Part shown: positions 37,241 through 49,420 of the stretch, in pieces | Layout: the number at the start of each line of letters is the position of its first letter | Position numbering within the stretch: the stretch's first letter is position 1 | DNA from: Octopus bimaculoides | Lineage: Eukaryota | Length of the DNA: 64,000 bases | Direction of reading: 5' to 3' | NCBI RefSeq assembly: GCF_001194135.2 | Contig: NC_068994.1 | Coordinates: 17,193,085 to 17,257,084, forward strand | Translations under genes and position numbers: made by a program | The notes under the pieces: model-generated | The model's input: only the letters and a program-made list of their open reading frames with translations | The model's database searches: none | Told to the model about the DNA's origin: nothing

Positions 37241-37719
37241 ATCTGAAACAGCTGTAATGAACCACAACCTGTCTGTGTTATTATTTATTCTTCACGTAAC
37301 TTGGAACCTTCCATATGTTTGGATCTGGAATCTGTAGTCAAAGTGCAATATGTGCAGTGAGTGTACCTCAGTATGACTTTAATGGCATGTTGTGTATTCA
37401 GTCAGTTACTTGTGAATGTATACATAAATGGAAGGGCAAATCCATATTTACTTTAGTAAGTACATAGATGTCAGTATACATTATCAGTACACAAGTGCAC
37501 TCTCCCCAACTCTACCTTGGTGTTTTTACTATTTAAATACCTGATTCTTTTGAATTTTGTAAAGTTTTATATATAAATGTATATATGCATTTGTATGCAT
37601 GTATATGTTTTTATGTATACATACATATATGTATGTATATAAATGTATGTGTATTTTCTATGTGTACAAATAACATAGAAAAAAAAAATAAATAGTTACC
37701 AGGGTAGCAAAAATTCACA

Positions 37720-38181
37720 TAAGTGCCAAGAATATTACAGCCTCATCTCCCTTCTGTATTGAGACTCCATCAAACCTGCTGCAGCATGCGTTTGCTGATC
37801 TTAAGAAAGTCATATCTCACTTCTGTCTTGAGAGTTCATTTGATGTTCTGCAGCATGCGTTTGCTGATCTTTGGAAAGTCTCATCTCCCTTCTGTTTTGA
37901 GACTCCATTTGATGTACCTTCTGTACTGAGACTCCATCTAACATGCTGCAGCATGCCTTTGCTGATCTTGAGAAAGTCTCATCTTGCTTCTCTCTTGAGA
38001 CTCCTTTTGATGTACTGCAGCATGTGTTTGCTGATCTTGAGAAAGTTTCATCTCTTTTCTCTCTTGAGACTCTTACCTTCGGTTTTCTACAATTCTCCTT
38101 GGTTTATACTTGTTTCTGGAGAGATTACATCTTTTCTTTGGTGGCATATTTTTTCAATATTGTAAACCAAAAATTATGAAC
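37720..38181 (-). mobile_element. Helitron-like ORF N-terminus: MPPKKR start plus about five 23-aa STPR-like repeats (69-bp tandem repeat), inactivated
   Basis: ATG at 38147: MPPKKRCNLSRNKYKPRRIVENRR*, then units ESQxRREMRLSQDQQTHAAVHQM fitting E-[ST]-x-[DE]-x-R-x-x-R-L; in-frame stops. Confidence 0.6.
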
Positions 38182-38726
38182 CTAGAAGAAATTATACAGT
38201 AATCTCTATTATTGTAACTAGTTGTACATATGAAGTATGTCTTTATTTTTGTATGCAGTATCAATTAACCAAATATAAGCAAATTAACCAAATATAAGCA
38301 AATTAACCAAATAGAAGCACATGTATGAACTGCTAATTTAACGGTAAATTTGCAACTGCTGGGATAATTATTAACTGGTAATTGAATGGTAAATGTGCAT
38401 TTTTATATAACTTGGACCTGCCACCTCATTGTTTTTTGTCAAGAGTTTTGCCTCAAGCCGTTCATTATGCCAGTCAACAAACATATACTGAAACACCATT
38501 CTGCTGTCATGGCCATAAACACGGAAAGCTGCCAATGTGTAACGTTCTTCACATTAGGATATAATCAAAATTAAAAGTGGAAGAATAAAAGAGAAACAAT
38601 ATTATATCACATTACAATATAGATGTTATTTTATATTTGAAGAATATACGTTATACAAAAAGTGTTGTGAATATGGTTTCCTCTTATAGATTTCATGTGG
38701 GTCATTGTGCTAGTCAGTCATCATAC

Positions 38727-38807
38727 CTTAATTTTCACATCCCTTGTATCATGTTTCTGTTGCAAGAATCATTTTCCTTGCTCATCTCTTACTGCACTGA
38801 GATTTTT
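38727..38807 (-). other. Candidate 81-nt exon with stops in all three frames (likely 5'UTR exon)
   Basis: Acceptor gatttctttccag|A; donor AAG|gtatga. Confidence 0.35.
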
Positions 38808-38944
38808 CTGGAAAGAAATCTAGTTAAGCATGTAGGAAATGTATTTTGAACAATATCTAACAACCTATTTCTTTAAAGGCATCAGGAAGCTCCTCAACTC
38901 CATGTGTATATGCAGAGAATTTATTTCCCTGCATATACACACAT

Positions 38945-39312
38945 ATCTTTTACTTGTTTCAGACTTTAGATTTTGGCCATGCTGAGGTACTGCCTTGAAG
39001 AATTTTCAATTGAATGAATCAGCCCCAGTACTTACTTTTTAAGCCTGGTACTTATTCTATTAGTCTCTTTTGCCAAACTGTGAAGTTGCAGGAACACAAA
39101 CACACTAGTTGTTAAGCAGTACTGGGGGACAGACACACCCACTCACACACAAATATATTTCTCTCAGCTTCCATCTACCAAATCTACTCACAAGGCTTTG
39201 GTCAGCCTGAGGTTATAGTAGAAGATACTTGACCAAGGTGCCACACAGTGGGACTGAACCTGGAACCAGTGATTGGGAAGTAAGCTTCTTACCATGCAGC
39301 TATGCCTGCACC
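38945..39312 (-). mobile_element. SINE family A, near full length
   Basis: Head, CORE-like segment and tail all present. Confidence 0.88.
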
Positions 39313-40104
39313 TGTATTGAAAGTTTGTTAGAATTAAATATCTGACCTGTGGCCCAACATAAATCCTACCCACTATATTATTTTTTTGTTTTCTTTTCAA
39401 AATCTACTAAAATCTTCCTGTGGTGACATTATCCAATGCGTTAACAGAATTTTTCATTAAACCAAGCTTAATGTGTAGAAAATGTAGAAATATCTTCTTG
39501 GGATTAGCCAGGGAAAGATTGGATGTTGCTAATTCGAGAGACTAATGTTGACTTAAGTGGTCAGACAAGAGTAATAAAGTGATCCAACTGTCCTCATCGA
39601 CTTAAGAACAGCATTTTGTAAATCCTTCTTATTCCTTTCGAAGAACTCCATAGAGATTATATTGATGGAAACAGTGTTGAGTTCTAGCAAGCAATGCAGC
39701 TGTGTTAGCTTAAGCCACACTTGGTGATACATGACTTTTCATTATGCAGTAGACCTACTTTCTTTCTTATAAATCAATGAAGAGGTGCTATTGAGAAGCA
39801 AATGAAAGACTAAGACAAGTTTGTGAAGATTTCATTAATGTTATTGCAATAGTAAAGGAGGCCATCTTCTGTTGAAGCCTTGTCAAAATAAAATCCCATT
39901 TTTATAGGGATTATCATATTTTGGTAAAGAAGATAAAGTAAATTCCAACGGAATTAAGGTGTATAATGGGTGATACCTAAATCTGTAGCGTCCCAAAAGA
40001 TTTTTTCATAGGAAGGGAGAGAACTCTTCCTGGACACACTAGAAATTTTAATTTTTTTTTTTCTGTGTTTAAGGAAATAAGGAATATTTATATTTATCTT
40101 GGAA

Positions 40105-41200
40105 GCCAGATTCTTTTTTCAGCCTTGTAGATGTGGACTTTTTCCATTTTACTTTCCTATAGCACAATGAGTTCAATCAGAATGACTCGTTTTGATACAA
40201 GTGAGGTCAGTACAATATTTGGATACATACCACACTTATTGACGATTTTTAAAAATTCTAAAATGTCTTCTAGGTACTCCCAGTCACCCACTCCATCCAG
40301 TAGATTATACTTCCATGATCCAACTGGTACAGCTGTTCCAGGTCACAGTTTTTTTACTCCCTGCAGTATAGAACACTGGTAGAGCTTCGAGGCACAAGTC
40401 ACACGCAATATCTATTTAAGTACCTATTTCGAACGAGCACTATTCTCATGAGATCAAGACGTGTTACACCGTTTGCTTACCTTGGTAGAGTGGGAATGTT
40501 GGATTATCTCATTCCTCCCACCTTACCAAGTTTGTATTTGAGGACAGGAGGTCATAAACGGTCCTGAGGATAATGCTGACACTGAGAGAAGCCATGTGCC
40601 ATATGTTATTTCAGCTGATATTTCTCTGGAGTTTTCTGGAATAACTTTACATTAAGGAGTAGAACATAAAATTTCCTGTCATTCAGATCGCTTCATGGTC
40701 TTAGTAGACAAAATGGGAAAGGAGTTGCCCCGGAAGATGCCGAAGGAGATGCACTGGAACAGTCACACTGATCACGGGGCTCACATTTGCAGATAGACAT
40801 CTCCACCCTGATAGCGGTGAGCAGAAATATGGTTCGTGCGCCAAGAACGCCAGAGGTCTCCACTACTAGACTCGCTTCCACGTTGTTCACTGTCCCTGCT
40901 GGCCTTCCTGGACTGCCTTGTGGATTCTCTTGGTATCCTCTTCTCTCACTTCCAGGTCCCTCTTTGATTTCTCTTTTGACTTTGAATCCCGCCTCCATCA
41001 AGCCTAGTCCCTGGCTATTGATCTGAGTGCGTCCCATTATTTTCCTGAGCTCGAAGCTCTTTTTCGCTGCATTCATTACTTTCTGAACCTTCTATTTCCT
41101 ACCATTTCTCAGCTTGCATTGGATTGATTTTACGACCTAATCTCTATTACTTTCAGGCATACAGGGTCTTGCTTTTCTAGCCTCCAACTCCTCTACAGTG
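40105..41200 (-). mobile_element. R2-Hero (REL-endonuclease) non-LTR retrotransposon, 3' part, with about 230-bp insert
   Basis: KLRNGRK*KV...IMGRTQINSQGLGL, KAVQEGQQGQ*TTW, WHMASL...RTVYDLLSSNTNLVRW, LLDGVGDWE...YPNIVL...RVILIELIVL*ESKME (PD-D/ExK-type REL). Confidence 0.85.
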
Positions 41201-41816
41201 AACTAGCTTCAGCTGTGCTTGGCGATAGTAAAGAATAACAACAGTGAGAGCAGGTGGAAAGCTAATCACTTCGTTGTGTATTTATTTAACTTGGCTTCGA
41301 CTACTGCCGTTTAAATGTAGCCAACTCTCGCTATTTTCATAAACAACATCAACAAGTGTAAGGGAGATAATTCTCTCAAAAATTTCTTTTTACAGACGAA
41401 ATACATGGTACATTTCATGTTCTACATGATTTTTGATACTTAAATTATAAACACTATTAAAAAAAGTCCAAAGTGCTCTGCTATAAAAATAACGTTTACG
41501 CAAATAAACTAAACTAAACATTTGTGCTTGTGAGTGTGTAATTCAGTTTTATTTCAAGATTTCTTGCCAATAGAGAAAGAGCCGGTTTCTGACCTAGATC
41601 CAAGGCTCCTTCATTGGAATATCAGCATCAACAGCAGGGTATTTTTGTTTGTTCGCATGTATGTATGTATGTATGTATCATCGTTTTAAAGTCCACTTTT
41701 TCATGTTTGCATGGGTCGGACGGAGTTTGCTGAAGTATATTTTCTACGGCCCGCTGCCCTTCCTATCGCCAACACATATTTGCTTTCAAGCATGGTAATA
41801 TTTCATCGTGAGCAAA

Positions 41817-42030
41817 GGCGGCGAGATGGCAGAACTGTTAGCATGCTGGGCAAAATGCTTAGCAGCATTTCGTTTGTCTTTGCGTTCTGAGTTCAAATTC
41901 CGCCGAGGTCGACTTTGCCTTTCATCTTTCTGGTGGGGGTCGATAATATAAGTACCAGTCGATGTAATAGACCTACCCACTCCCTACAAAATTGCTGGCC
42001 TAATGCCATAATTTGAAATCAATATCTTTT
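41817..42030 (+). mobile_element. SINE family C
   Basis: ggcggcgagatggcagaa head; gagttcaaattcc B-box. Confidence 0.85.
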
Positions 42031-42182
42031 CATAGGCTGACATGTCGCGAGATAATGAAAATGAATGACACTACTAATATGATAGTGGCAACCATTTACA
42101 ACTATCGTGCAGTTATTTATTACTAGCGTAGTCACATCACTGAAAATTGGATGCTTTCGATTTGCTCATCCTACCTTCCTAG

Positions 42183-42231
42183 GAAAAACACTATCAGTTC
42201 GCATCGTTTTGCTACATTTGGGCCTGGTAAG
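42183..42231 (+). CDS. Candidate 49-nt exon (KNTISSHRFATFGPGK or KTLSVRIVLLHLGLV)
   Basis: Acceptor ctcatcctaccttcctag|G; donor AAG|gtaagt; two frames open. Confidence 0.33.
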
Positions 42232-42474
42232 GTAAGTACCAGGAAATTACTTCCTTTTTTTCTCCCCAACACTTTTTTTTTTCTTAAGGTGCAGATGTGT
42301 CTATGTGGTAAGAAGTTTGCTTCTCAAACAAATGGTTTTGGGTTCAGTTCAGCTGAGTGGCAACTTGGGCAAGTGTTTTCCACTATAACCGTGGGCCGAA
42401 CAAAAGTTTATGAGTAGATTTGGTATACGGAAACTGAAAGAAGCCCGTCATGTATATATATATATATATTATAT

Positions 42475-43630
42475 AAAGGGTGTATACGCATTGTAAAGTA
42501 GGTGTTTATTAAAATACATTTCATTTTCAAAATTTAATAGAATCTACAGACATTATTTATTGTTTTGTCAACGCCTGTTTTCAAACTGATGTCCGTTTTG
42601 GTCCAGGCACTGCTGTCAACGCGAAGCAATGGAATCGCAAACATCACGAAACAATTTCGTTTGGTATTTGTGTGCATTCTCGTTCAATGGCTACTCTCAA
42701 ATCAGCGACTGTTGCAAGTTTCATAGTGTAGACTTTGTCTTTTAGGTATCCCCATAAAAAAATGTCTAGTGGTGTGAGGTCTGGTGAACGCGGAAGGTAT
42801 TCAACGAAACCCCTTCATCCAATCCACCTGTTTAGCAAGATCCCATCAAGGACGGGTCTAACATCGCGATGGTAGTGTTGCGGTGCCCCAACTTGCTGAA
42901 AATAAAACTCTTCTCCAATGCTTGGCATGACAGACTGTTGCAGTAATTTCAAGTAAACGGGACCAGTCACAGCACCGTCAAAAAAGAATAGTCCAATTAG
43001 TCCTCTTGATGATAGGCAACACTACACTGTAACTCCTGGTAAATTAACGTGGTGTTTCACCATAACATGCGGATCGTCAGGCCCTAGTAGGTGCAATTGT
43101 AGCGGTCAATTGAACCATTTAATTTGAATGTAGCCTCACCACTCCACACAATCTTTGTTGGAAAGTGTGCATCTTCTACACATCGTGCCAAGTATCTCGC
43201 AATACTACACTCTTCGGTCTGGATCATCGTCATTAATAGCATGGACTAATCTTGGAAAGTAACTTTTCCATTGACAACGCTTCAAAATACGTTGGACAGA
43301 CGATTTTGAAATACCTCCCTCACGACTCGCTTACCTCACAGATATTCTTGGGCTTTAGTGATACGTTTCCAGCACTCCTTCTTGCTTCGTTCAGGTTGTC
43401 GATATTCATGGTCTTCCGGAACGCTTTTCGTGGACATTCTGAACAGTTCCACCGGCTTCAAACTTATCTCTAATTTGAATGATGTTAAGTCGCGTTGGTG
43501 GATCTATTTGAAACTCCATCTCAAACTGTCTTTGCACTTTGACTGCGTTTTCACACTTCCAGTAGCATTTTAGAATGAATTTCCTTTATTCAAAGCTTAG
43601 TCTGACTGCCATCATTAATTCGTGTTGGTT
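42475..43630 (-). mobile_element. Tc1/mariner DD41D-type transposase pseudogene
   Basis: [13 protein letters not shown] (D to G), [12 protein letters not shown] (D to V), PRSPDLTPLDIFLWGYLKDKVY; 41 residues between the second and third catalytic positions. Confidence 0.88.
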
Positions 43631-44243
43631 TAATCTGGAAAGAAAAAACAGCAATTGAGATTATATATATATATATATATATATATAGAGTGAGAGAGAG
43701 AAGGAGAGCGAGAGAGCACTATTTGACAACCGGTATTCGTTTGTTTACGTCCCTGTAACTTAACGGTTCGACAAAGACGTCGATAAAATAGGTATCAGGT
43801 TTTTAAAAGGTAAATACTGAAGTTGATTTGATCAATTAAATCTTTCAAAGTGGTGCTCCAGCATGGCCGCCGGTCAGTGACTGAAACAAGTAAAGTTAAA
43901 AGATCTACCGTCAGATGATGACATTGCTTTTGACAAGAAAACATCTGTCCGAAGCGGCAGAACTCACTTTGTCTCATGGCACAGAATTATCTGATCTTGT
44001 GAATTTCATTAACTCTTATTACACTTATTTTTTAACTTTGTACATTTGCCAACGTAGAGCGTCACTTATTTATTTTTTTACGTCCCTTTTTTTCATTTCA
44101 TAAACATCAGTTCGGGTTTCAGTGCCACAACGTAGCACATTGGGGGAATTGTCTTCTACTATCGCCTCGAGTCGAGTGGATTTGGTAGACGGAAACTGAA
44201 ACAAGCCCGTCCGGCGGAATTCTAGTTTAAACACCCTATATAA

Positions 44244-44669
44244 CCCTTCATAATTTTTTCATTGTTTAGAAGTTTCAGAAAATTTTTGCGAATTTGTGTT
44301 CTACACATGGGAATTAATATGATTATGCAAAAACAAACAAAAAACTAACAAAACTCTGATTTAAGCGCTATTTTGCTGTAATTTTTAGCACATCTCACGA
44401 CCACCTGATACCTTTCTTGTTTCTTTGTCACTCTGACGTAGAGATGTTTTTCAATATTCTTCTTCCCATAAACACATATAATGGTCAGTTGCTGGGATTT
44501 AAGCAAAAAATTCGGCCTTTCCGTATTTTAAAGAACTCTGATTTTAAAGAAAGAATTCGAAAAATTTTTTAAAAAAAGTTATTTTTCATAATCCTATGAA
44601 TTCCCGTGTGTAGAACACAAATTCACAAAGACTTTCTAAAAATTCCAAAAAATAGAATGTTATGAGAGG
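44244..44669. mobile_element. Long-TIR piggyBac-like MITE (same family as 24826-25314)
   Basis: Shared internal sequence and TIRs. Confidence 0.75.
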
Positions 44670-44952
44670 TTACATGGCGTCCTTAAACCAAAATTCCGCC
44701 GTCTGTTGTATATACATGTGTGTGTTTGTGTGTTTATGTTTGTACTCCAACCACCGCTTGTCAATCGGTGCTGGTTTGTTTACGTCCCCGTAAATAAGCG
44801 GTTCGGCAAAAAGGAAAAGACAGAGTAAGTACAAGGCTTTTAAAAAAAGTACTGAGGTCAATTCATTCGACTAGAAATTCTTCCAGGTGGTACTCCAGCA
44901 TGACTGCAGTCTAATGATTGAAACAAGTAAAAGATAAAAGATTAAAAAAAGT

Positions 44953-45350
44953 ATAGGCGCAGGCTGGGCTGTATGGTAAGAAGGTTGATTCCCAACCACA
45001 TGGTTCTGGGTTCAGTCCCATTGCATGGCACCTCGGGCAAATGTCTTCTACTATAGCCCCGGGACGACCAACGCCTTGTGGACGGAAATCTGTAGACGAA
45101 AACTGAAAGAATTCCTTCGTATTCGTTCATATATATATGAATATATCTGCGTTTTTTGTTTATCCACCCTACCACCACCACTGACATTGGCTTGTTATGT
45201 CTTTGTAAGCTAGTGGTTCAGCAAATGACATTGATAGAGTAAGTACCAGATTAAAAAAAAGAGAATATCCGAAAAAAAAAAATAACACGAGTACAGGAGT
45301 TGATTCGTTCGACTAAAAACAGTCTAGACAGTGCCCCAGCATTGCCTCAA
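44953..45350 (+). mobile_element. SINE family A
   Basis: ggcgcaggctgggctgtatggtaag head, ggttcagtccc, ctcgggcaaatgtc; directly preceded by another A tail at 44700-44942. Confidence 0.85.
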
Positions 45351-45828
45351 GCCACTGACGCAAGAAAAGTCAAAGTAAAAAAATTAAGTTATCTCCCTTA
45401 TATTTTTAGTTTCTAAGTGTTAAATCACGTGACTAATAATGTAGCCATTTTGTATTGGTTCAGTAAAGTTGTTTTGCACCTTCCATTTATTTATCTACTC
45501 TTCCTTCTCCACATCTCTCTCTCTGTGTCTCTCTCCCTCTTTCTCTCTCTATACATATACATACACACATACATAGAAAACTACCCACATATATCATTGC
45601 TCTCTCGCCTCCCACTCTTGCTCCCTTATCTCTGTTCGATTCATTCTCTCTCTTATCTCTTCTCTCTGATGTCATTTCTCACATTCAGTGCGAATTATTA
45701 TTTTTTTTTCTTCGGTAATTGTCATAACGGCATTTCTTCCAGTTAATTAACACACTTCACAAGTAAAAACAACAAAAAAAGACGAGTAAAGGAAACAAAA
45801 AACAAAAAAAGGGATACGATACATACCT

Positions 45829-45873
45829 TACGGGTACTGCCAACGGTGCAGTACCTTAACTTTTTCTCATCCT
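45829..45873 (-). CDS. Candidate symmetric 45-nt exon DEKKLRYCTVGSTRK
   Basis: Acceptor tttacctacctctag|G; donor AAG|gtatgt; open in phase 0. Confidence 0.4.
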
Positions 45874-47682
45874 AGAGGTAGGTAAACTAATAAATGACAA
45901 TAACAAATAATTTAATGATTATTTCTATGATAATTATAATGACGATTTCTCTCATAATGGTAATAATGTGATGATGTGTTATTCTTTGTCAGCGAAGTCT
46001 GTGAGTCAACATGCAATGTAAACAGCACTGCATTCACGCACCTAACCTGTCACTTTAATATTATGTAGACAATGTTGTAGTCACATCGAGTGTTACCCTC
46101 TTCTCAATCAATTTTTAATTACAGTTTGTCTTTTATGTTAATCCTAGCACAACCACAAAACATATGCACAGCCCCATATATATATAGCTATAGATATAGA
46201 TACATATATGCGATGCAAACTAACTACATATACTCATGTGCATTTGTAAACAAATACAATTCGAATTTTCATAAAAATCTCAGACATCACTATGATGTAG
46301 ATACACACACGCATATATATATAAACATATATATNNNNNNNNNNNNNNNNNNNNNNNNNNNNNNNNNNNNNNNNNNNNNNNNNNNNNNNNNNNNNNNNNN
46401 NNNNNNNNNNNNNNNNNNNNNNNNNNNNNNNNNNNTATATATATATATATATATATGTGTGTGTATGAATGTATTTAATTGTTTGTATTTCTATTTCGTA
46501 AAAAAAATAATAAATCCGTACAAATTGGTCTTCACCCGTACCATGTTTCAATTTCACTATTTCTAAACAATATGAGAAATGTTGCTAGCTGAGTATATTT
46601 ATTATCTGTATATGAACGACTTGTTAAAACATAAGCTAGTCAGTGTTCAGTTTTAACACACACACACACAATCGTCTAAAAAGGTGTAAGTTAGATTGTC
46701 AATAGAGTGGGTGGGTATATTAATCAAAGTGGACAGTATTGTAGATCCATACTGTATAGTTTGCGTAGTGTATGTGTGTATACATACGTATATATGTATA
46801 TATATATATATGGCTATTGATTGTCATTTATATATATATAAAATATTGATTTTTTTACCCATTCAGTTTCAGCTCTTGTTCATTTGCAACAACTGTTGGG
46901 TGGTGGGGCGAAGGTACCCAACTAGTCCTATTTCACCAAGAACTATATTACATGAATCCAGAAAGAAAGAAAAAGTCACAGGACAATATCAATAAACGAC
47001 TGATTTAATATTTTCTTTTTCTTTTATCATTGTTTTATTTAAGATTTTATAGGTATATGAAACGTGATTTATTTTTCCACCACATATGTGAAACACTGTT
47101 ATATCTATTGTATGGCCGAGCGATTTTTAAATATTATTTTTTTTTGTAATTAAATCTATCATTTATTATATATATTTATACAATATTAAATTTTTTCCTA
47201 TGACTTTTTTTCCACAGACGAATATTTTGACTTGTTTTCAGACTTTGTTTTCATTCACCACTTACATAACTGATTAAACCAGCAAATCAGTTGGGCGTTT
47301 TCTGAACATAATCATCCAGACCTTATTGGTAGTGAATGAATATTTTCAATTGATTCCAGACTTAAAATATGTAGATCCCATTTTAAAAACGTTAGAGTAG
47401 CTTATTGGACGAGATTAGTTGTTATATTCATATTACATAGATATTCTCACAGAGTTGTTCCTACATTATTTAATATCATATGTATAAATACAATAAAATC
47501 CTAACTATCCGACGCAGGTTGGAGGTGAGAAAATCTGTTTGAACTATATTGGGAATATGTCAACACATAATTGTAATTCAATGCAGATGTCTGCCTGTCT
47601 GTATGTATGTATGTATGTACGTAAACATGAACAGCTATACACTTCTACACGTACGTCCATACGCACACGTATATATATATAT

Positions 47683-47857
47683 CTCGTGGGCATCGGTACC
47701 ATTTTCCTCTTTCTCCGTTCTTCCATTCTCCGAACTTTCCATCTTTCCGACGAAGGGCTACGCCCGAAACGTCATACGCTCTCTCTTTCCTTTCCTGAGC
47801 GTCCAATAATACTATCCATATCACGTCTTCACTTTGTTGTTTTTTTGTTTTTTTGAA
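47683..47857 (+). ncRNA. (TA)n-embedded element carrying a minimal hammerhead-ribozyme-like motif
   Basis: CCGACGA-A-GGGC tac GCCC-GAAAC-GTC at 47747-47773; U4C variant; stem I weak. Confidence 0.5.
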
Positions 47858-48254
47858 CTATATATATATATATAGTGTGGGTGTGTTTAGATGTATCTTA
47901 TATATGTATGCATATGTGTATTTCTATGTACATGGATATATATATGTGTGTTTGTTTATATTTATGTATATGTGTATGTATATACATTTATAAGTATGTG
48001 TATGTATGTTTATGTATATGGATATTTACGTATGTGTGTGTGTATGCGTACATATGTTTACCTTTACATGCATAGATACACACACATACATACATACATA
48101 CATACATACATACATACATACAGGTGTTCAGACTGAATTTGACGGTTTGCATAAATGGAAAAGAAAACAATATCCCATCCTAGAATATAAGTATTTTGAA
48201 ATATTCTTTTAAAAAATCAAAAGATACCAACTAGGTTATGACTGAGAGATAACT

Positions 48255-49060
48255 GTCAGCCTCAGCTTCAACCATGACTTCCAGATGGCTCCAGAACCTG
48301 ACACGTGTTTCTCACTGTATTGCTAGGAAAATCATCAATCACCTCCTTGATCTTGACCACCAGCCTGGCCTTGGTGTTGCAGGTAGTGTAGTTGGTAATC
48401 ATTCTCAACTGCAGCCTAAACATAGTAATCCATTGGATTACATTTGGGGGAATTAGAAGGCCAGAAAGTGGGGCTGGTGATGTCGTAGAAATTCTCCAAC
48501 AACCACTTCTGACTCTTTCCGGAGGTATAGCAAAGAGCCAATTTCTACTGCTACATATATCCCTTCCAGGAGTAAATTTCTCCATCAAGGGTTTTGACTA
48601 AAGTCTCCTGCAGTTTCACATAGCCTCCTGAATTGAGCCGAAGACCGTATTCAAAGATATGGGCTGGCATGACGTCATCTTCACTGGAGATAAATCTAAA
48701 AACCATCACAGTTTGGGGGAACTTGGTTTTCATATGTGGAAACATAACACGTGTTGTAGGCAAGCTACCTGTTATTCTGGCTGTGGTGGAGCTGGTCCTT
48801 GCAGCAGATGTTTTTATCCATCTGAGAAGAACTAAGAACTTCTTGGCCTTGACTGTCAGAATTTGTCCCTTGCACCTCTTGTATGAGTGGTAACAATGAT
48901 CCTCATTCAGAGCCAGCTTCATGGTGGTGATTGCAACACCTTCATTTGGTTCTTGAACATCCAGCATTGAGATCAGGTCTGGATGAGGATTCGTTATGTG
49001 CTAGCAATTTGAAAATTCAAATTTTAAGAGAACTCCAAAAACTTGTGAACTTACAAGTTT
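48255..49060 (-). mobile_element. Tc1/mariner DD37D (maT) transposase pseudogene
   Basis: MKTKFPQTVMVF..ISSEDDVMPAHIF, QQ...CYTSGKSQKWL, WPSNSPKCNPMDYYV; 37-residue spacing. Confidence 0.88.
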
Positions 49061-49372
49061 TTCAGTTAAACTGAATTTAAAATAATATGATATTGGTAGA
49101 GTACCAACAAATGCTTTATTATTATTGCTGCCTTTAGTTTTGGGCTGTCTTTAGCTTTGGGCTGCAAGCCCAATTAGTCCTCCACAGGAGCTAGCTTGAA
49201 CGTCTGCATGGAGGGCAGCTGTTAGGCTAGTGTTTAATATATGTGTGTATATGCATACACACCAACACACACACATGCATGCATATATTCATATCTGTAT
49301 ACATTTATATAGATGCATATATATATGTGTGTGCATGTATATGTATACATATATATTAACACACATATATAT

Positions 49373-49420
<48 letters not shown>

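Noticed and set aside
37720-38080. CRISPR-like appearance of the 69-bp array, and its plus-strand ORFs (LQHAFADLEK...)
   Set aside because: Head-to-tail units with no unique spacers, no cas genes and a eukaryotic context; the minus-strand STPR-like frame explains the period of 23 codons.
42475-44240. TIR pair for the DD41D element (aagggtgt at 42476 with acaccct at 44231)
   Set aside because: Only about 7 bp match, which is insufficient to define the ends.
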